Part shown: in pieces, positions 38,465 to 48,897 of the stretch
Layout of the letters: each line of letters starts with the position of its first letter
Position numbering within the stretch: position 1 is the first letter of the stretch
Source: an uncultured Acetatifactor sp.
GTDB taxonomy: Bacteria; Bacillota; Clostridia; Lachnospirales; Lachnospiraceae
Length of the DNA stretch: 64,000 bases
Reading direction: 5' to 3'
Assembly: GCA_910589035.1 (NCBI GenBank)
Contig: CAJUSI010000010.1
Span: 3,863-67,862 of the forward strand
Notes under the pieces: generated by a model
Database searches by the model: none
Told to the model about the DNA's origin: nothing
What the model saw: the letters and a program-made list of their open reading frames with translations, nothing else
Translations under genes and position numbers: made by a program

Positions 38465-38729
38465 GAAGGGCCTCCCAAAACAAGCCGATATTTGTGAACA
38501 GCCTGCTGCGCAGAGTGATGCTGTCTGGTTCCGCATTCAGCAATTCCCGGTACAGCTCGCTGTCAAAGCTCCATTCCAGGGGAAGATCACTGATCTCCCC
38601 ATCCTCATTTTCTTCGGTTATCCTTACAGTGTCCGGCGTCAAGGTAAGCTCGGGATAGAGCAGGCCCCACCAGCCCAGCGCGGCACACAGACTGAATACA
38701 ATGCGAATTCCGATCCATTTTCTTTTCAT
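38451..38729 (-). CDS. Small membrane protein with a SpoIIR-like WWGLLYPEL motif
   Basis: TM helix ending GWWGLLYPEL, similar to the SpoIIR NWWCVLFP segment. Confidence 0.5.
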   Translation of the reverse strand: MKRKWIGIRIVFSLCAALGWWGLLYPELTLTPDTVRITEENEDGEISDLPLEWSFDSELYRELLNAEPDSITLRSRLFTNIGLFWEALHGRK

Positions 38730-38816
38730 GCAATAACCCCTTTCTTTCTCAGGATTATTGCCGGAAATTACCATTTTATTCCTTTGAAAATAATTTTTTC
38801 GCAGATATCTCCGGAT

Positions 38817-39503
38817 TCACTTTCTCAGGGCAGCCTTCTCCCTGTCAAGGCGTATCTGGCGGATAATGGCATTCTTCTGGTTATCGATATGGGTTCTGGC
38901 CGCGGCTGCAGCCGTATCCTTGTCCTTGCGCACAATGCTTTGATAAATAATTCTATGCTCTTTGATCAGTGTTTCATGCTGACTGCTGTCTTTAATATAT
39001 TCAAAACGATAACGATACATCTGTTCGGACAGATTATTTACCAACTGGATCAACCGAAGATTTCCGGTGGCCTGCACAATAATGTCATGGAGAGCCACAT
39101 CCGCCTGGGCAATTTTCTTCGTATCCCCGGTGTCCACGCAGAGTTCGAAATGATCGCAGGCCTGCTTCAGCCCGGCGAGATCCCCGCCGCTGATCCGGTC
39201 GCAGGCAAGCTCCGCGCAGAGGGCGTCCACAGCCCTGCGGACTTCGAGCACATCGCTCATGCTTTTTTCCGTGATCCGGGCTACCTCGGCCCCGCGCCTG
39301 GGAATCGTGGTCACAAGCCCTTCCAGCTCCAGCCTGTGAATGGCTTCCCTCACAGGTGTGCGGCTTACTCCCAGTTTATCTGCCAGATGTATCTCCATGA
39401 GCCTCTCGCCGGGCTTTAATTCTCCCGTGAGAATTGCCTGGCGCAGTGTATAGAAGACTACATCCCGAAGAGGTAAATCCGTCTGAAAAGAATTATTCTG
39501 CAT
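38817..39503 (-). CDS. GntR-family regulator (FCD domain)
   Basis: LADKLGVSRTPVREAI HTH; FCD C-terminus. Confidence 0.9.
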   Translation of the reverse strand: MQNNSFQTDLPLRDVVFYTLRQAILTGELKPGERLMEIHLADKLGVSRTPVREAIHRLELEGLVTTIPRRGAEVARITEKSMSDVLEVRRAVDALCAELACDRISGGDLAGLKQACDHFELCVDTGDTKKIAQADVALHDIIVQATGNLRLIQLVNNLSEQMYRYRFEYIKDSSQHETLIKEHRIIYQSIVRKDKDTAAAAARTHIDNQKNAIIRQIRLDREKAALRK

Positions 39504-39582
39504 ATTATACCCCTGCCCGATCCGGCGGGCACCTGTTACAACTTCTCCCCATGTCCCTGTCATAGCCTGTAAGGCGCGGCTC

Positions 39583-39768
39583 CTGACCCGCATAAGCCGG
39601 AACCAAAGTTATGCCAAAATACGCAGTATTTCGTTATTAAGTGCCTGACCCGGACAAGCCGGAACCTGAATTTTGCCGCTTTGCGCAGAAGGCTGCTCTT
39701 AAGCAACTGCCCGGACAAAGCCGGAACCAAAGTTATGCCAGAATGCGCAGCATTTCGCTGTCAGGCAT
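39583..39768 (+). repeat. 62-bp dispersed repeat, three diverged tandem copies
   Basis: Units start at 39583, 39645 and 39707 with CTGACCCG...AAGCCGGAACC. Confidence 0.85.
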
Positions 39769-40635
39769 CTAAGCGGATGCAGGAACCGCGCCAGTCAGAA
39801 ATACCTGATTTTCCCCCGTGTCCTTCATGGCCGCATAAGCAGCCCCGGCTTTATTTCCGTCCCTGAAAATACCGAATACGGCAGGTCCGCTGCCGCTCAT
39901 GAGGCAATTGTCCGCGCCCAGCCCGCGCATTTGTTCTTTGATGGAATTAATAACAGGATACGTGGAAACGGTAACCCTCTCCAGTACATTTTCCATGCGT
40001 TCCAGAATCCCGTCCAGATCCTGCGCCCTGATGGCGGAGACCATCCCGTCAATATCGGGATGGCGGATGTCCTCCACTGCATCCAGATGCTCATAGACAT
40101 ATTTTGTGGACACGCCCACAGGGGGCTTTGCAATGAGAATATGGCAGTCCGGCATCGGAGGGAGGGCAGTGAGCTTTTCGCCGATGCCCTCGGCCAGGGC
40201 AATTCCTCCCATAATACAGAAAGGCACATCCGCGCCTATGGAGACGGCCTGTTCCATCAGACGGGGCAGGGGCACGTTCAGCCCGAACAGCCTGCTGATC
40301 CCCTTCATGGCAGCGGCAGCATCCGTACTTCCTCCGGCCATGCCTGCGGCAATGGGAATCTTTTTCCCGATATGGATTCGGATGCCGGAACGGATACCGT
40401 ATTCTTCCGTCATCAGCTTTGCCGCCTTATAGACCAGGTTGCTCTTATCCGTGGGAAGAAGCGGGCAATCCGTGGTGACCGTGATCCCTTCCTGCGCTTT
40501 TTCCAGGGTTAAGACATCATATATACCCACGCTGGCCAGAATCATCTTTACCTGATGATAGCCGTCCGGCAGGCGGCCTGTCACATCCAGGCCCAGGTTG
40601 ACTTTGGCATATGCCTTTACTTGATATTCGTTCAT
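39769..40635 (-). CDS. ispE: 4-diphosphocytidyl-2-C-methyl-D-erythritol kinase
   Basis: AKVNLGLDV, PIAAGMAGGSTDAAA, GADVPFC, MSGSGP. Confidence 0.95.
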   Translation of the reverse strand: MNEYQVKAYAKVNLGLDVTGRLPDGYHQVKMILASVGIYDVLTLEKAQEGITVTTDCPLLPTDKSNLVYKAAKLMTEEYGIRSGIRIHIGKKIPIAAGMAGGSTDAAAAMKGISRLFGLNVPLPRLMEQAVSIGADVPFCIMGGIALAEGIGEKLTALPPMPDCHILIAKPPVGVSTKYVYEHLDAVEDIRHPDIDGMVSAIRAQDLDGILERMENVLERVTVSTYPVINSIKEQMRGLGADNCLMSGSGPAVFGIFRDGNKAGAAYAAMKDTGENQVFLTGAVPASA

Positions 40636-40735
40636 TTCCGCCTCCCGACTCTTCGCTGTAATACTGCAGGCCGAAGCAATCCGCAGGATTGTCAGGTCAG
40701 AGTACCGTCCTTCTCGTCTGCTTCATCGGCGCGGC

Positions 40736-41215
40736 TTATTTCAGCGGCTTTGCGCCGGCCTTTTCCTGTGCCTTCTCCAGGGCGCGTCTGAACCGCCCCT
40801 TCTTCCTGGCGGGAAGGGCTTCCGTCTGCTTGCCGTGCAGGCCCTTTACGCTGAGGACATATATGCCGCTGACGGAGGCCTTCACCTCTTTCTTCACCGG
40901 TACGGAGTCAAAGATCTTGTCATCGCAGATCAGGGAAACGATCTGGGGCCCCACCTTGGCTTTGATGATGGGCAGCTTGGAACTGCGCATAAGCTTTGGC
41001 GTCTGATCCAGGACGATCTGGGGCAGACCGGCATCCTTGAGCTTCATCCTTTTTTTGTCGATCACCAGCATGGAGACCGTCTGCTTGTTGGCCTCCAGCA
41101 TGGCCTGCTGTTCATTCTGCTTCTTCTGCGCTCTTTTCCCCAGGAAATAAAGGGTTACTATCAGCGCAATCAGTACTACTAATACTACAATCAATACAAT
41201 CATCCATGGCCTCAT
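40736..41215 (-). CDS. Conserved hypothetical membrane-anchored protein
   Basis: N-terminal TM helix and basic C-terminus; AGGAGG RBS. Confidence 0.75.
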   Translation of the reverse strand: MRPWMIVLIVVLVVLIALIVTLYFLGKRAQKKQNEQQAMLEANKQTVSMLVIDKKRMKLKDAGLPQIVLDQTPKLMRSSKLPIIKAKVGPQIVSLICDDKIFDSVPVKKEVKASVSGIYVLSVKGLHGKQTEALPARKKGRFRRALEKAQEKAGAKPLK

Positions 41216-41415
41216 AGACTGTGAGCCTCCTTACGGTATCATTCTGATACTTTATTTTAGCACAGGTATCCATGGATAAGCAACAAAAATATGGTATAAA
41301 AAGCTTTCCTTAAGCGAATGAATGTGGTATATATAATAAATAGAAATATCCGGGTTAGAATAGAAGAGTCAGAAATCTAATGTTTGCCCGCTGGAACGGG
41401 CAGGGAGGTATAAGA

Positions 41416-42807
41416 ATGCAATTGACAGACATCAAGGAACTTTATCGAAATCGGGAACGGTTTATCGGCCGGGAAGTGACGGTTGGGGGCTGGGTGAGAA
41501 GCAACAGAGATTCAAAGAACTTCGGCTTCCTGATCATCAATGACGGTACTTTTTTTGAGTCTCTTCAGGTAGTGTACGGGGACAGTCTGCCCAATTTTGA
41601 GGAGCTGTGCAGGACGAACGTGGGTGCCGCACTGATTGTGAGGGGCACCATTGTGGAGACTCCGGCGGCAAAGCAGCCCTTTGAAATGCAGGCGGCGGAA
41701 GCAGTGGTGGAGGGGGCGTCCGCGGCGGATTATCCGCTGCAGAAGAAGCGTCATACTTTTGAGTACCTTCGCACCATTTCCCATCTGCGTCCCAGGACCA
41801 ATACCTTTCAGGCAGTGTTCCGGGTCCGTTCCCTGATTGCCTATGCCATTCACAGCTTCTTTATGGAAAGGGGCTTCGTCTATGTGCACACACCGCTGAT
41901 CACGGGAAGCGACTGCGAGGGCGCGGGGGAGATGTTCCAGGTAACCACCATGGATTTGAACGATATCCCCAGAACCGCGGAGGGCAGGGTTGATTTCTCC
42001 CGGGATTTCTTCGGGAAGCCCACCAATCTTACGGTCAGCGGCCAGCTCAACGGCGAGACGTTTGCACTTGCGTTCAAAAACATATACACCTTCGGCCCCA
42101 CCTTCCGGGCGGAGAATTCCAATACCACCAGGCATGCGGCGGAATTCTGGATGATCGAGCCGGAGATGGCCTTTGCGGATCTGAAGGACGATATGATTCT
42201 GGCGGAGTCCATGCTGAAGCATATTATCCGGTATGTGCTGGAAAATGCGCCGGAGGAGATGGCGTTTTTCAACCAGTTTGTGGATAAGGGACTGCTGGAG
42301 CGCCTTCAGCATGTGGCAGATTCGGATTTCGCCCATGTGACTTACACGGAGGCGGTTGAAATCCTGGAGAAGCACAATGATGCCTTTGACTATAAAGTGT
42401 CCTGGGGCTGCGATCTGCAGACGGAGCATGAGAGATACCTGACGGAGGAGGTGTTCAAACGGCCGGTGTTCGTGACGGATTATCCCAGGGAAATCAAGGC
42501 ATTTTATATGAAGCTGAACGGGGACGGCAGGACCGTTGCCGCCATGGACTGCCTGGTGCCCGGCATCGGGGAGATCATCGGAGGCAGCCAGAGAGAGGAT
42601 AAGCTGGAGATTCTGGAGAGCAGAATGGAAGAGCTTGGCCTGAACAAGGAGGACTACGGCTTCTATCTGGATCTGCGCAGGTTCGGTTCCGTAAGGCATG
42701 CCGGTTTCGGCCTGGGATTTGAGCGGTGCGTGATGTACCTTACCGGAATGGGGAATATCCGCGATGTGGTGCCCTTTCCCAGAACGGTGAAGAACTGTGA
42801 TTTATAA
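41416..42807 (+). CDS. asnS: Asparagine--tRNA ligase
   Basis: OB-fold [33 protein letters not shown]. Confidence 0.96.
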   Translation: MQLTDIKELYRNRERFIGREVTVGGWVRSNRDSKNFGFLIINDGTFFESLQVVYGDSLPNFEELCRTNVGAALIVRGTIVETPAAKQPFEMQAAEAVVEGASAADYPLQKKRHTFEYLRTISHLRPRTNTFQAVFRVRSLIAYAIHSFFMERGFVYVHTPLITGSDCEGAGEMFQVTTMDLNDIPRTAEGRVDFSRDFFGKPTNLTVSGQLNGETFALAFKNIYTFGPTFRAENSNTTRHAAEFWMIEPEMAFADLKDDMILAESMLKHIIRYVLENAPEEMAFFNQFVDKGLLERLQHVADSDFAHVTYTEAVEILEKHNDAFDYKVSWGCDLQTEHERYLTEEVFKRPVFVTDYPREIKAFYMKLNGDGRTVAAMDCLVPGIGEIIGGSQREDKLEILESRMEELGLNKEDYGFYLDLRRFGSVRHAGFGLGFERCVMYLTGMGNIRDVVPFPRTVKNCDL

Positions 42808-42914
42808 GTTCGGTTTACAGGATCAATTTATGGGTTCCTGTGATTTTTCTGACTTTACAATTTCTTAATTTTTTTTAGGATGAAAAACACTCGGAAGTGT
42901 GGTATGCTGTCATT

Positions 42915-44213
42915 ATGAGAAGAAAACACAGACATTGGATGAATTTCATATTGACAGGAGCTGTGGCGGCATCCTTTGCGTGCTCCGGCATATGGCAGGC
43001 TCTTGCGGCGGAGGCTGCCGATGCTTCCCAGCTGGAGGAGCAGATAAACGAGCATGAGAATGAGCTGGAGAATCTTACCAGCCAGATTGTGGATCTGGAG
43101 AGCGAGCAGGATATTCTGCGGGAGCAGATAGATGACCTGAACGCCGAGATCACCAATACAATGGCCTGTATCGCTCTGCTGGAGGAGGAGATCCGGGCGA
43201 AGGAGACTCAGATCGCCGGCAAGGAGAGTGAAATAGCTGCCAAGAAGATTCAGATTGACCAGACCCAGGCCGAGTATGACGCGGCGGTTGCCCGGGAGGA
43301 GCAGCAGCGTCAGAATATGATTATATGCGCCCGGCTGATCTATGAGAGGGGCGAGAGCTCCTATCTGGATGTATTGCTGGAGGGAAAAGGCTTCGGAGAT
43401 CTCCTGAACCAGATGGAAAGGGTGGAACGGGTATGCGAATATGAGAACTCCGTGCTGCTTGAGTATGTGGCCGTGAAGGATCAGGTGCATGATCTGTGGG
43501 ACAGGCTGGAGGAAGAGAAGAAAGTACTGGAGGAGGATCGGCAGGGCCTGGAGACGGAGCGGGATTCCCTGGAGGCGGACGAAGAGGAGCTTAAGACCCA
43601 GAAGGCCGATCTGGATATCATGATTGCCAGGAAAAAGCAGGAATCTGCCAACTATGAGGCGGAGCTGGCGCGTGCAAGAAAGGATGCGGCTGCGGCAAAA
43701 AAGGCCCTTCAGGCGGACCGGGAGAGATTGCGGCAGCTTCAGGCGGCGCAGAATGCGGCGGGAAACGGCGGCAGCACGCCGGGCAATACCAATGCAGCCA
43801 ATTCCACCTACACTCCGACCAATTATACGTCCACCATTGACAATGCCGCAGGCAGCGATCTGGGGAAAAAGGTGGCGAAATTTGCCTGCCAGTACATCGG
43901 GAATCCCTATGTGTACGGGGGAACCAGCCTGACCAACGGGACGGATTGTTCCGGTTTTACATACAGGGTGTACAGTGAATTCGGATACCAGCTGTCCAGA
44001 ACCTCCACACAGCAGCGCAGCAACGGTACGGGAGTGAGCTACAGCGAGGCACAGCCCGGAGATCTGATCTGCTATGAGGGACATGTGGGTCTGTATATCG
44101 GGGGCGGGCTGATCGTACATGCCAGCAGCAGCGAGCCCTATCCCGTAGGCGGGATTAAGGTCAGTCAGGCTCAGTACCGTCCCATACTGGCAGTTCGCAG
44201 AATCATCAATTAA
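42915..44213 (+). CDS. Secreted coiled-coil NlpC/P60 peptidoglycan endopeptidase (CwlO-like)
   Basis: Signal peptide, long coiled coil, GNPYVYGG..DCSGF..GHVGLY. Confidence 0.88.
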   Translation: MRRKHRHWMNFILTGAVAASFACSGIWQALAAEAADASQLEEQINEHENELENLTSQIVDLESEQDILREQIDDLNAEITNTMACIALLEEEIRAKETQIAGKESEIAAKKIQIDQTQAEYDAAVAREEQQRQNMIICARLIYERGESSYLDVLLEGKGFGDLLNQMERVERVCEYENSVLLEYVAVKDQVHDLWDRLEEEKKVLEEDRQGLETERDSLEADEEELKTQKADLDIMIARKKQESANYEAELARARKDAAAAKKALQADRERLRQLQAAQNAAGNGGSTPGNTNAANSTYTPTNYTSTIDNAAGSDLGKKVAKFACQYIGNPYVYGGTSLTNGTDCSGFTYRVYSEFGYQLSRTSTQQRSNGTGVSYSEAQPGDLICYEGHVGLYIGGGLIVHASSSEPYPVGGIKVSQAQYRPILAVRRIIN

Positions 44214-44277
44214 TGAAATCAGGGAAAGCCCACAAAGAGGGAGGTGTATTTATCGCCCGGGATGTGGGCATTCTTTG

Positions 44278-44463
44278 CGTGTGGACATGAGACGCGGAAG
44301 CGGGATATGCGTGCGGGTATGGGACGCGGAATGCGGAGCGGATGCACGGAAGCGGTATGTGTATGCGGAAGCGGATCAGGGACATTGGACTTGGAAGCGG
44401 GATATGCGTGCGGGCATGAGACGCGGAATGCGGAGCGGATGCACGGACATGGGACTTGGATGC
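44278..44463. repeat. Mosaic intergenic direct repeats (55-bp core twice)
   Basis: GGAAGCGGGATATGCGTGCGGGYATGRGACGCGGAATGCGGAGCGGATGCACGGA at ~44296 and ~44393. Confidence 0.8.
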
Positions 44464-44559
44464 TGGAATCTGTATATGGATATAAAACGAAATGCGGGAA
44501 TCGGCGCATGGACGTGAAACGGTAAAGCCGGAATATATAAGAAATGAGGTTTGATAGCA

Positions 44560-45918
44560 GTGAAGATAATTATTGCCGGAAACGGTAAGGTGGGAGCGGC
44601 TCTGACAAGGCAGCTGTCCTCTGAGGGGGATGATCTGACATTAATCGATTCCAATCTTGAGGTGCTTGAGTCCAGCGAGGAGCGGTATGACATCATGGTG
44701 GTGCAGGGAAACTGCGCCTCCATGAAGGTGCTGCAGCAGGCGGGAGTGGAGGATGCGGATCTTCTGATCGCAATGACGGGGGCGGATGAGACCAATCTGC
44801 TCTGCTGTATGACGGCACATGGCCTGAATAAAAAGCTTCATACCATTGCGAGAGTATGCAATCCGGAATATACGGATCAGATTTATGCCATGAGAGAGAT
44901 GTTCGGCCTGTCCATGGCGGTAAATCCCGAGAGACAGGCTGCCGTGGAAATAGAGCGTTTGCTGAAGTACCCCGGCTTCTTAAAGAGGGATACCTTTACC
45001 AAAGGAAGGGTGGAAATTGTGGAGCTGCGGATAGATTCCCGCAGCAAGCTCTGCAATGTGGCTCTGAATGATATGTACGGCATTGTCAAATGTAAGATCC
45101 TGGTCTGTGCCGTTTTGAGGGAAGGAAAGGCGGTGGCTCCGGACGGAAATTTCGTGCTTCGGGAGGGTGATCGGATTTTCGTAACAGCATTTACTAATAT
45201 TTTGACGACTCTGCTGAAGAATCTGGGAATTATTACCCACAGAACCAAGAGGGTCATCATCTGCGGGGGCGGCCGTATCAGTTATTATCTGGCCAAGCAG
45301 CTGGAAAGCAGCGGGATCGGGATACAGATCATTGAGAAGGATTCCGGCCGTTGCAGACAGCTGGCAACGATTCTGCCTGCAGCCAACATTATACAGGGGG
45401 ATGCCAGCAGCCAGTTCCTGCTGGAAGGAGAGGGTATTTCCGGCTGTGATGCGCTTGTGACCATGACCGGGCTGGACGAACAGAATATGATCATATCCCT
45501 CTATGGCATGAATTGCGGTATTCCCCAGGTTATCACCAAGCTGGGGCATATAGAAAATATGAATATTCTGGGCAGCCTTTCCCTGGACAGTGTGGTCAGT
45601 CCCAAGGAGCTGTGCTGCAACACCATTGTACAATATGTGCGGGCCATGAAGAACCAGACCGGCGCCGCTCTGACGGTGCATACCATTGCGGACGGTCAGG
45701 CGGAGGCCATGGAATTTCTGGTGGACGGCAAGACAAAAAACTGCGGGCTTCCCCTTAAGGAGCTGAAGCTGAAAAGGGGAGTACTTGTGGTATGCATCGC
45801 CAGGGGGTCCAGGATGGAGATTCCAAACGGCGATTCCTGTTTCCGGGAGGGCGATATCGTGTATATTGTGACCAGCAAGGGAAAAGGGATTTATCAGCTG
45901 AATGATATATTTGAATAA
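44560..45918 (+). CDS. trkA: Trk potassium uptake NAD-binding subunit
   Basis: Two RCK units: IIAGNGKVG and IICGGGRIS. Confidence 0.93.
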   Translation: MKIIIAGNGKVGAALTRQLSSEGDDLTLIDSNLEVLESSEERYDIMVVQGNCASMKVLQQAGVEDADLLIAMTGADETNLLCCMTAHGLNKKLHTIARVCNPEYTDQIYAMREMFGLSMAVNPERQAAVEIERLLKYPGFLKRDTFTKGRVEIVELRIDSRSKLCNVALNDMYGIVKCKILVCAVLREGKAVAPDGNFVLREGDRIFVTAFTNILTTLLKNLGIITHRTKRVIICGGGRISYYLAKQLESSGIGIQIIEKDSGRCRQLATILPAANIIQGDASSQFLLEGEGISGCDALVTMTGLDEQNMIISLYGMNCGIPQVITKLGHIENMNILGSLSLDSVVSPKELCCNTIVQYVRAMKNQTGAALTVHTIADGQAEAMEFLVDGKTKNCGLPLKELKLKRGVLVVCIARGSRMEIPNGDSCFREGDIVYIVTSKGKGIYQLNDIFE

Positions 45919-45943
45919 AAACAGACATTGGTAGAGGCGGAAT

Positions 45944-47398
45944 ATGAACTATAAAATGATGGGAAGATTCATTGGCAAAATACTGATAGTGGAGGCGGTT
46001 TTTCTGGTTCCGGCCATGCTGATCAGTCTGTGGGAGAGAGAGTTTACCGCGGTTGCGGCCTTTATGTGGAGTCTGGGGGCGATCATGGCGGTGTCCGGCC
46101 TGCTGCTGCTGCTCAGCCGCGGCTCCCAGAATAAATTCTATGCCAAGGAGGGGCTGGTCTGTGTGGGCATGAGCTGGCTTTTTATGAGTCTGCTGGGATG
46201 CCTGCCTTTTTGCATTTCCGGGGTAATCCCCAATTATGTGGATGCTTTCTTTGAGATTGTATCCGGTTTTACCACTACGGGAGCCTCCATTCTGCCCCAG
46301 GTGGAGGGGCTTCCAAAGGGGATTCTCTATTGGAGAAGCTTCAGCCACTGGCTGGGGGGCATGGGGGTACTGGTGTTTCTGCTGGCGATTTCTTCCATGG
46401 GCGGAAGTGATAACGGATATACCATGCATCTGCTCAGAGCGGAGAGCCCGGGGCCCAATGTGGGTAAGCTGGTGCCGAAGATGCGGAAGACCGCCGGCAT
46501 TCTGTATCTGATTTATATCCTGCTGACGATTTTGGATATCGTTTTCCTGCTGCTTGGCGGGATGAGCCTGTTCGAGGCTGTCTGCACCGCCTTCGGCACG
46601 GTGGGGACGGGGGGATTCGGGATCCGCAATGACAGCATGGCAAGCTACAGCCCCTATATTCAAAATGTGTGCACGATATTCATGATGCTCTGCGGAGTGA
46701 ATTTTACCTGCTTCTATCTTCTGCTGATCAGGCAGTTTAAAGCCGTGTTCCGGGACGAGGAGCTGAAGCTGTATCTGGGCATAATGGCGGGCAGTATCCT
46801 GCTGATTACCCTGAACCTGAAGGGGTTCTACGACACATTGGGAGAGACTCTGCGCCATGCGGCCTTCCAGGTGGCGACCATCATGACCACCACAGGGTTT
46901 GCCACGACGGATTATGAGCTGTGGCCGGGATTTTCTAAGGCGATATTGCTCTGTCTGATGATAATCGGCGCCAGTGCCGGCAGCACGGGCGGCGGATTCA
47001 AATGCGGCAGAGCGCTTCTGGTAATCAAGAGCCTGTTCAGAAGTGTACGGAAGATCACGCATCCCCAGAAGGTGCAGGTGGTGCGGGTCAACGGGCAGCC
47101 CATAGGGGAGAAGGTGCTGCAGAACACCAATGCCTATCTGGCTGCATATGCGATTATGACGGTGGGAAGCTTCCTGCTGATATCCGTGGACGGATTTTCC
47201 ATCACCACCAATTTCTCAGCGGTGCTGGCCTGTTTTAACAATATCGGACCCGGTTTTGATGCTGTGGGCCCCACCTGCAATTATGCGGCCTACAGCATGT
47301 TCTCCAAGCTTGTGCTGAGCCTTGACATGCTGGCGGGGAGACTGGAGATTTTCCCGGTGCTGGTGATGTTTTCCAGAACCACCTGGAAGCATCGGTGA
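45944..47398 (+). CDS. trkH: Trk potassium uptake membrane subunit
   Basis: SGFTTTGAS, GTGGF, TTTGF, NNIGPG pore motifs. Confidence 0.93.
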   Translation: MNYKMMGRFIGKILIVEAVFLVPAMLISLWEREFTAVAAFMWSLGAIMAVSGLLLLLSRGSQNKFYAKEGLVCVGMSWLFMSLLGCLPFCISGVIPNYVDAFFEIVSGFTTTGASILPQVEGLPKGILYWRSFSHWLGGMGVLVFLLAISSMGGSDNGYTMHLLRAESPGPNVGKLVPKMRKTAGILYLIYILLTILDIVFLLLGGMSLFEAVCTAFGTVGTGGFGIRNDSMASYSPYIQNVCTIFMMLCGVNFTCFYLLLIRQFKAVFRDEELKLYLGIMAGSILLITLNLKGFYDTLGETLRHAAFQVATIMTTTGFATTDYELWPGFSKAILLCLMIIGASAGSTGGGFKCGRALLVIKSLFRSVRKITHPQKVQVVRVNGQPIGEKVLQNTNAYLAAYAIMTVGSFLLISVDGFSITTNFSAVLACFNNIGPGFDAVGPTCNYAAYSMFSKLVLSLDMLAGRLEIFPVLVMFSRTTWKHR

Positions 47399-47480
47399 AT
47401 TCCGCGGCGGCCGCGAACGGTGATGCATGCGGTAAGCGTTCGGGCCGGATCGGAGATAGGACGGACAGGGGAGGTGCCGG

Positions 47481-48812
47481 ATGGAACAGCTTTCTTTATT
47501 TGACATACAGACGGACGAGGTGCCCGGCGCAGGAATGGCGCCCCTGGCAGACAGGATGCGCCCTCAAAATCTGGAGGAGTATATCGGGCAGAAGCATCTG
47601 TTGGGAGAAGGGAAGATCCTGCGCCAGATGCTGGAGCGGGATATGATCGCCTCCATGATCTTCTGGGGGCCTCCGGGAGTGGGGAAGACGACGCTGGCGA
47701 GAATCATTGCCAGCCGCACCAAATCCGAATTCGTGAATTTCAGCGCGGTGACCAGCGGCATCAGAGAGATAAAGGAGATCATGAAGCAGGCTGAGGAACG
47801 CCGGTTCTGCGGTGTGCGCACGGTGGTATTCGTGGATGAGATCCATCGCTTTAACAAAGCCCAGCAGGACGCCTTCCTTCCCTATGTGGAAAAGGGCAGC
47901 ATTATCCTCATCGGGGCCACCACGGAGAATCCTTCCTTTGAAATCAATGCGGCGCTTCTGTCCCGCTGCAGGGTATTTGTCCTGAAGGAGCTGGGTACGG
48001 AGGACCTGCAGGAGCTGCTTACCCGCGTGCTGAAGGACAGGAGGGGATTCGGGGGCACCACGGTTCACATGGAGGCGGAGCTGCTTTCCGTCATGGCAGC
48101 CTTTGCCAATGGGGATGCCCGCATGGCGCTGAATACACTGGAGACGGCGGTGCTGAACGGGGAGATCTCCCCGGACGGTTCCATTACGGTGACAAGACAG
48201 CTTCTGGAGCAGTGCATGGGGAAAAAGACCCTGCTGTACGACAGGAAGGGAGAGGAGCATTATAATCTGATCTCCGCCCTGCATAAGTCCATGCGGAATT
48301 CCGATCCCGATGCTGCGGTATACTGGCTGGCCAGGATGCTGGAGGCCGGGGAGGATCCCCTCTTTATTGCCAGACGCCTGATCCGCTTTGCCAGCGAGGA
48401 CATCGGACTGGCGGACAGCCGGGCCCTGCAGCTGGCCGTGGCCGCCTATCAGGCCTGCCATTTTAACGGGATGCCGGAATGCAATCTGAATCTGGCACAG
48501 ACGGTGATTTACCTGTCCCTGGCGCCCCGGTCCAATGCGGTGTACCGGGCCTATGAAACCGCTAAGGAAGATGCTCTCACGCAGCTCTCCGAGCCGGTTC
48601 CCCTGGTGATCCGCAATGCGCCCACACAGCTCATGGAGGAGCTTCACTATGGGGAAGGCTATATCTACGCCCATGACACGGAGGAGAAAATCGCCCGTAT
48701 GACCTGCCTGCCGGAAAGCCTGAAGGACCGGAGATATTATCTGCCCACGCAGGAGGGCGAAGAGGGCGGATGGAAGGAAAGGCTGGAGCGGAGCAGGGAG
48801 CTCAGCAGGTAA
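47481..48812 (+). CDS. rarA: Replication-associated recombination protein A (MgsA/RarA)
   Basis: PLADRMRP, GPPGVGKTT, DEIHRFNKAQQD, SALHKSMR, SEDIG. Confidence 0.93.
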   Translation: MEQLSLFDIQTDEVPGAGMAPLADRMRPQNLEEYIGQKHLLGEGKILRQMLERDMIASMIFWGPPGVGKTTLARIIASRTKSEFVNFSAVTSGIREIKEIMKQAEERRFCGVRTVVFVDEIHRFNKAQQDAFLPYVEKGSIILIGATTENPSFEINAALLSRCRVFVLKELGTEDLQELLTRVLKDRRGFGGTTVHMEAELLSVMAAFANGDARMALNTLETAVLNGEISPDGSITVTRQLLEQCMGKKTLLYDRKGEEHYNLISALHKSMRNSDPDAAVYWLARMLEAGEDPLFIARRLIRFASEDIGLADSRALQLAVAAYQACHFNGMPECNLNLAQTVIYLSLAPRSNAVYRAYETAKEDALTQLSEPVPLVIRNAPTQLMEELHYGEGYIYAHDTEEKIARMTCLPESLKDRRYYLPTQEGEEGGWKERLERSRELSR

Positions 48813-48860
48813 GGTTCCGGCCTGTCCGGGTCAGGCAGTATTCAGCGCTATACAGTATAA
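48812..48860. repeat. Abutting fragments of two repeat families at the island boundary
   Basis: 48812-48835 is the inverted start of the 62-bp unit; 48833-48860 matches 31922-31949 with 2 mismatches. Confidence 0.75.
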
Positions 48861-48897
48861 TCAGGCTTTTTAACTGAAGTACAGAGAGGATAAAGCT

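Noticed and set aside
39583..39768. Degenerate CRISPR array with a 62-bp period
   Set aside because: Similarity extends across the whole unit, and isolated copies occur elsewhere, so it is a dispersed repeat
41216..41415. T-box riboswitch upstream of asnS
   Set aside because: No T-box consensus or terminator/antiterminator is visible in the short AT-rich leader
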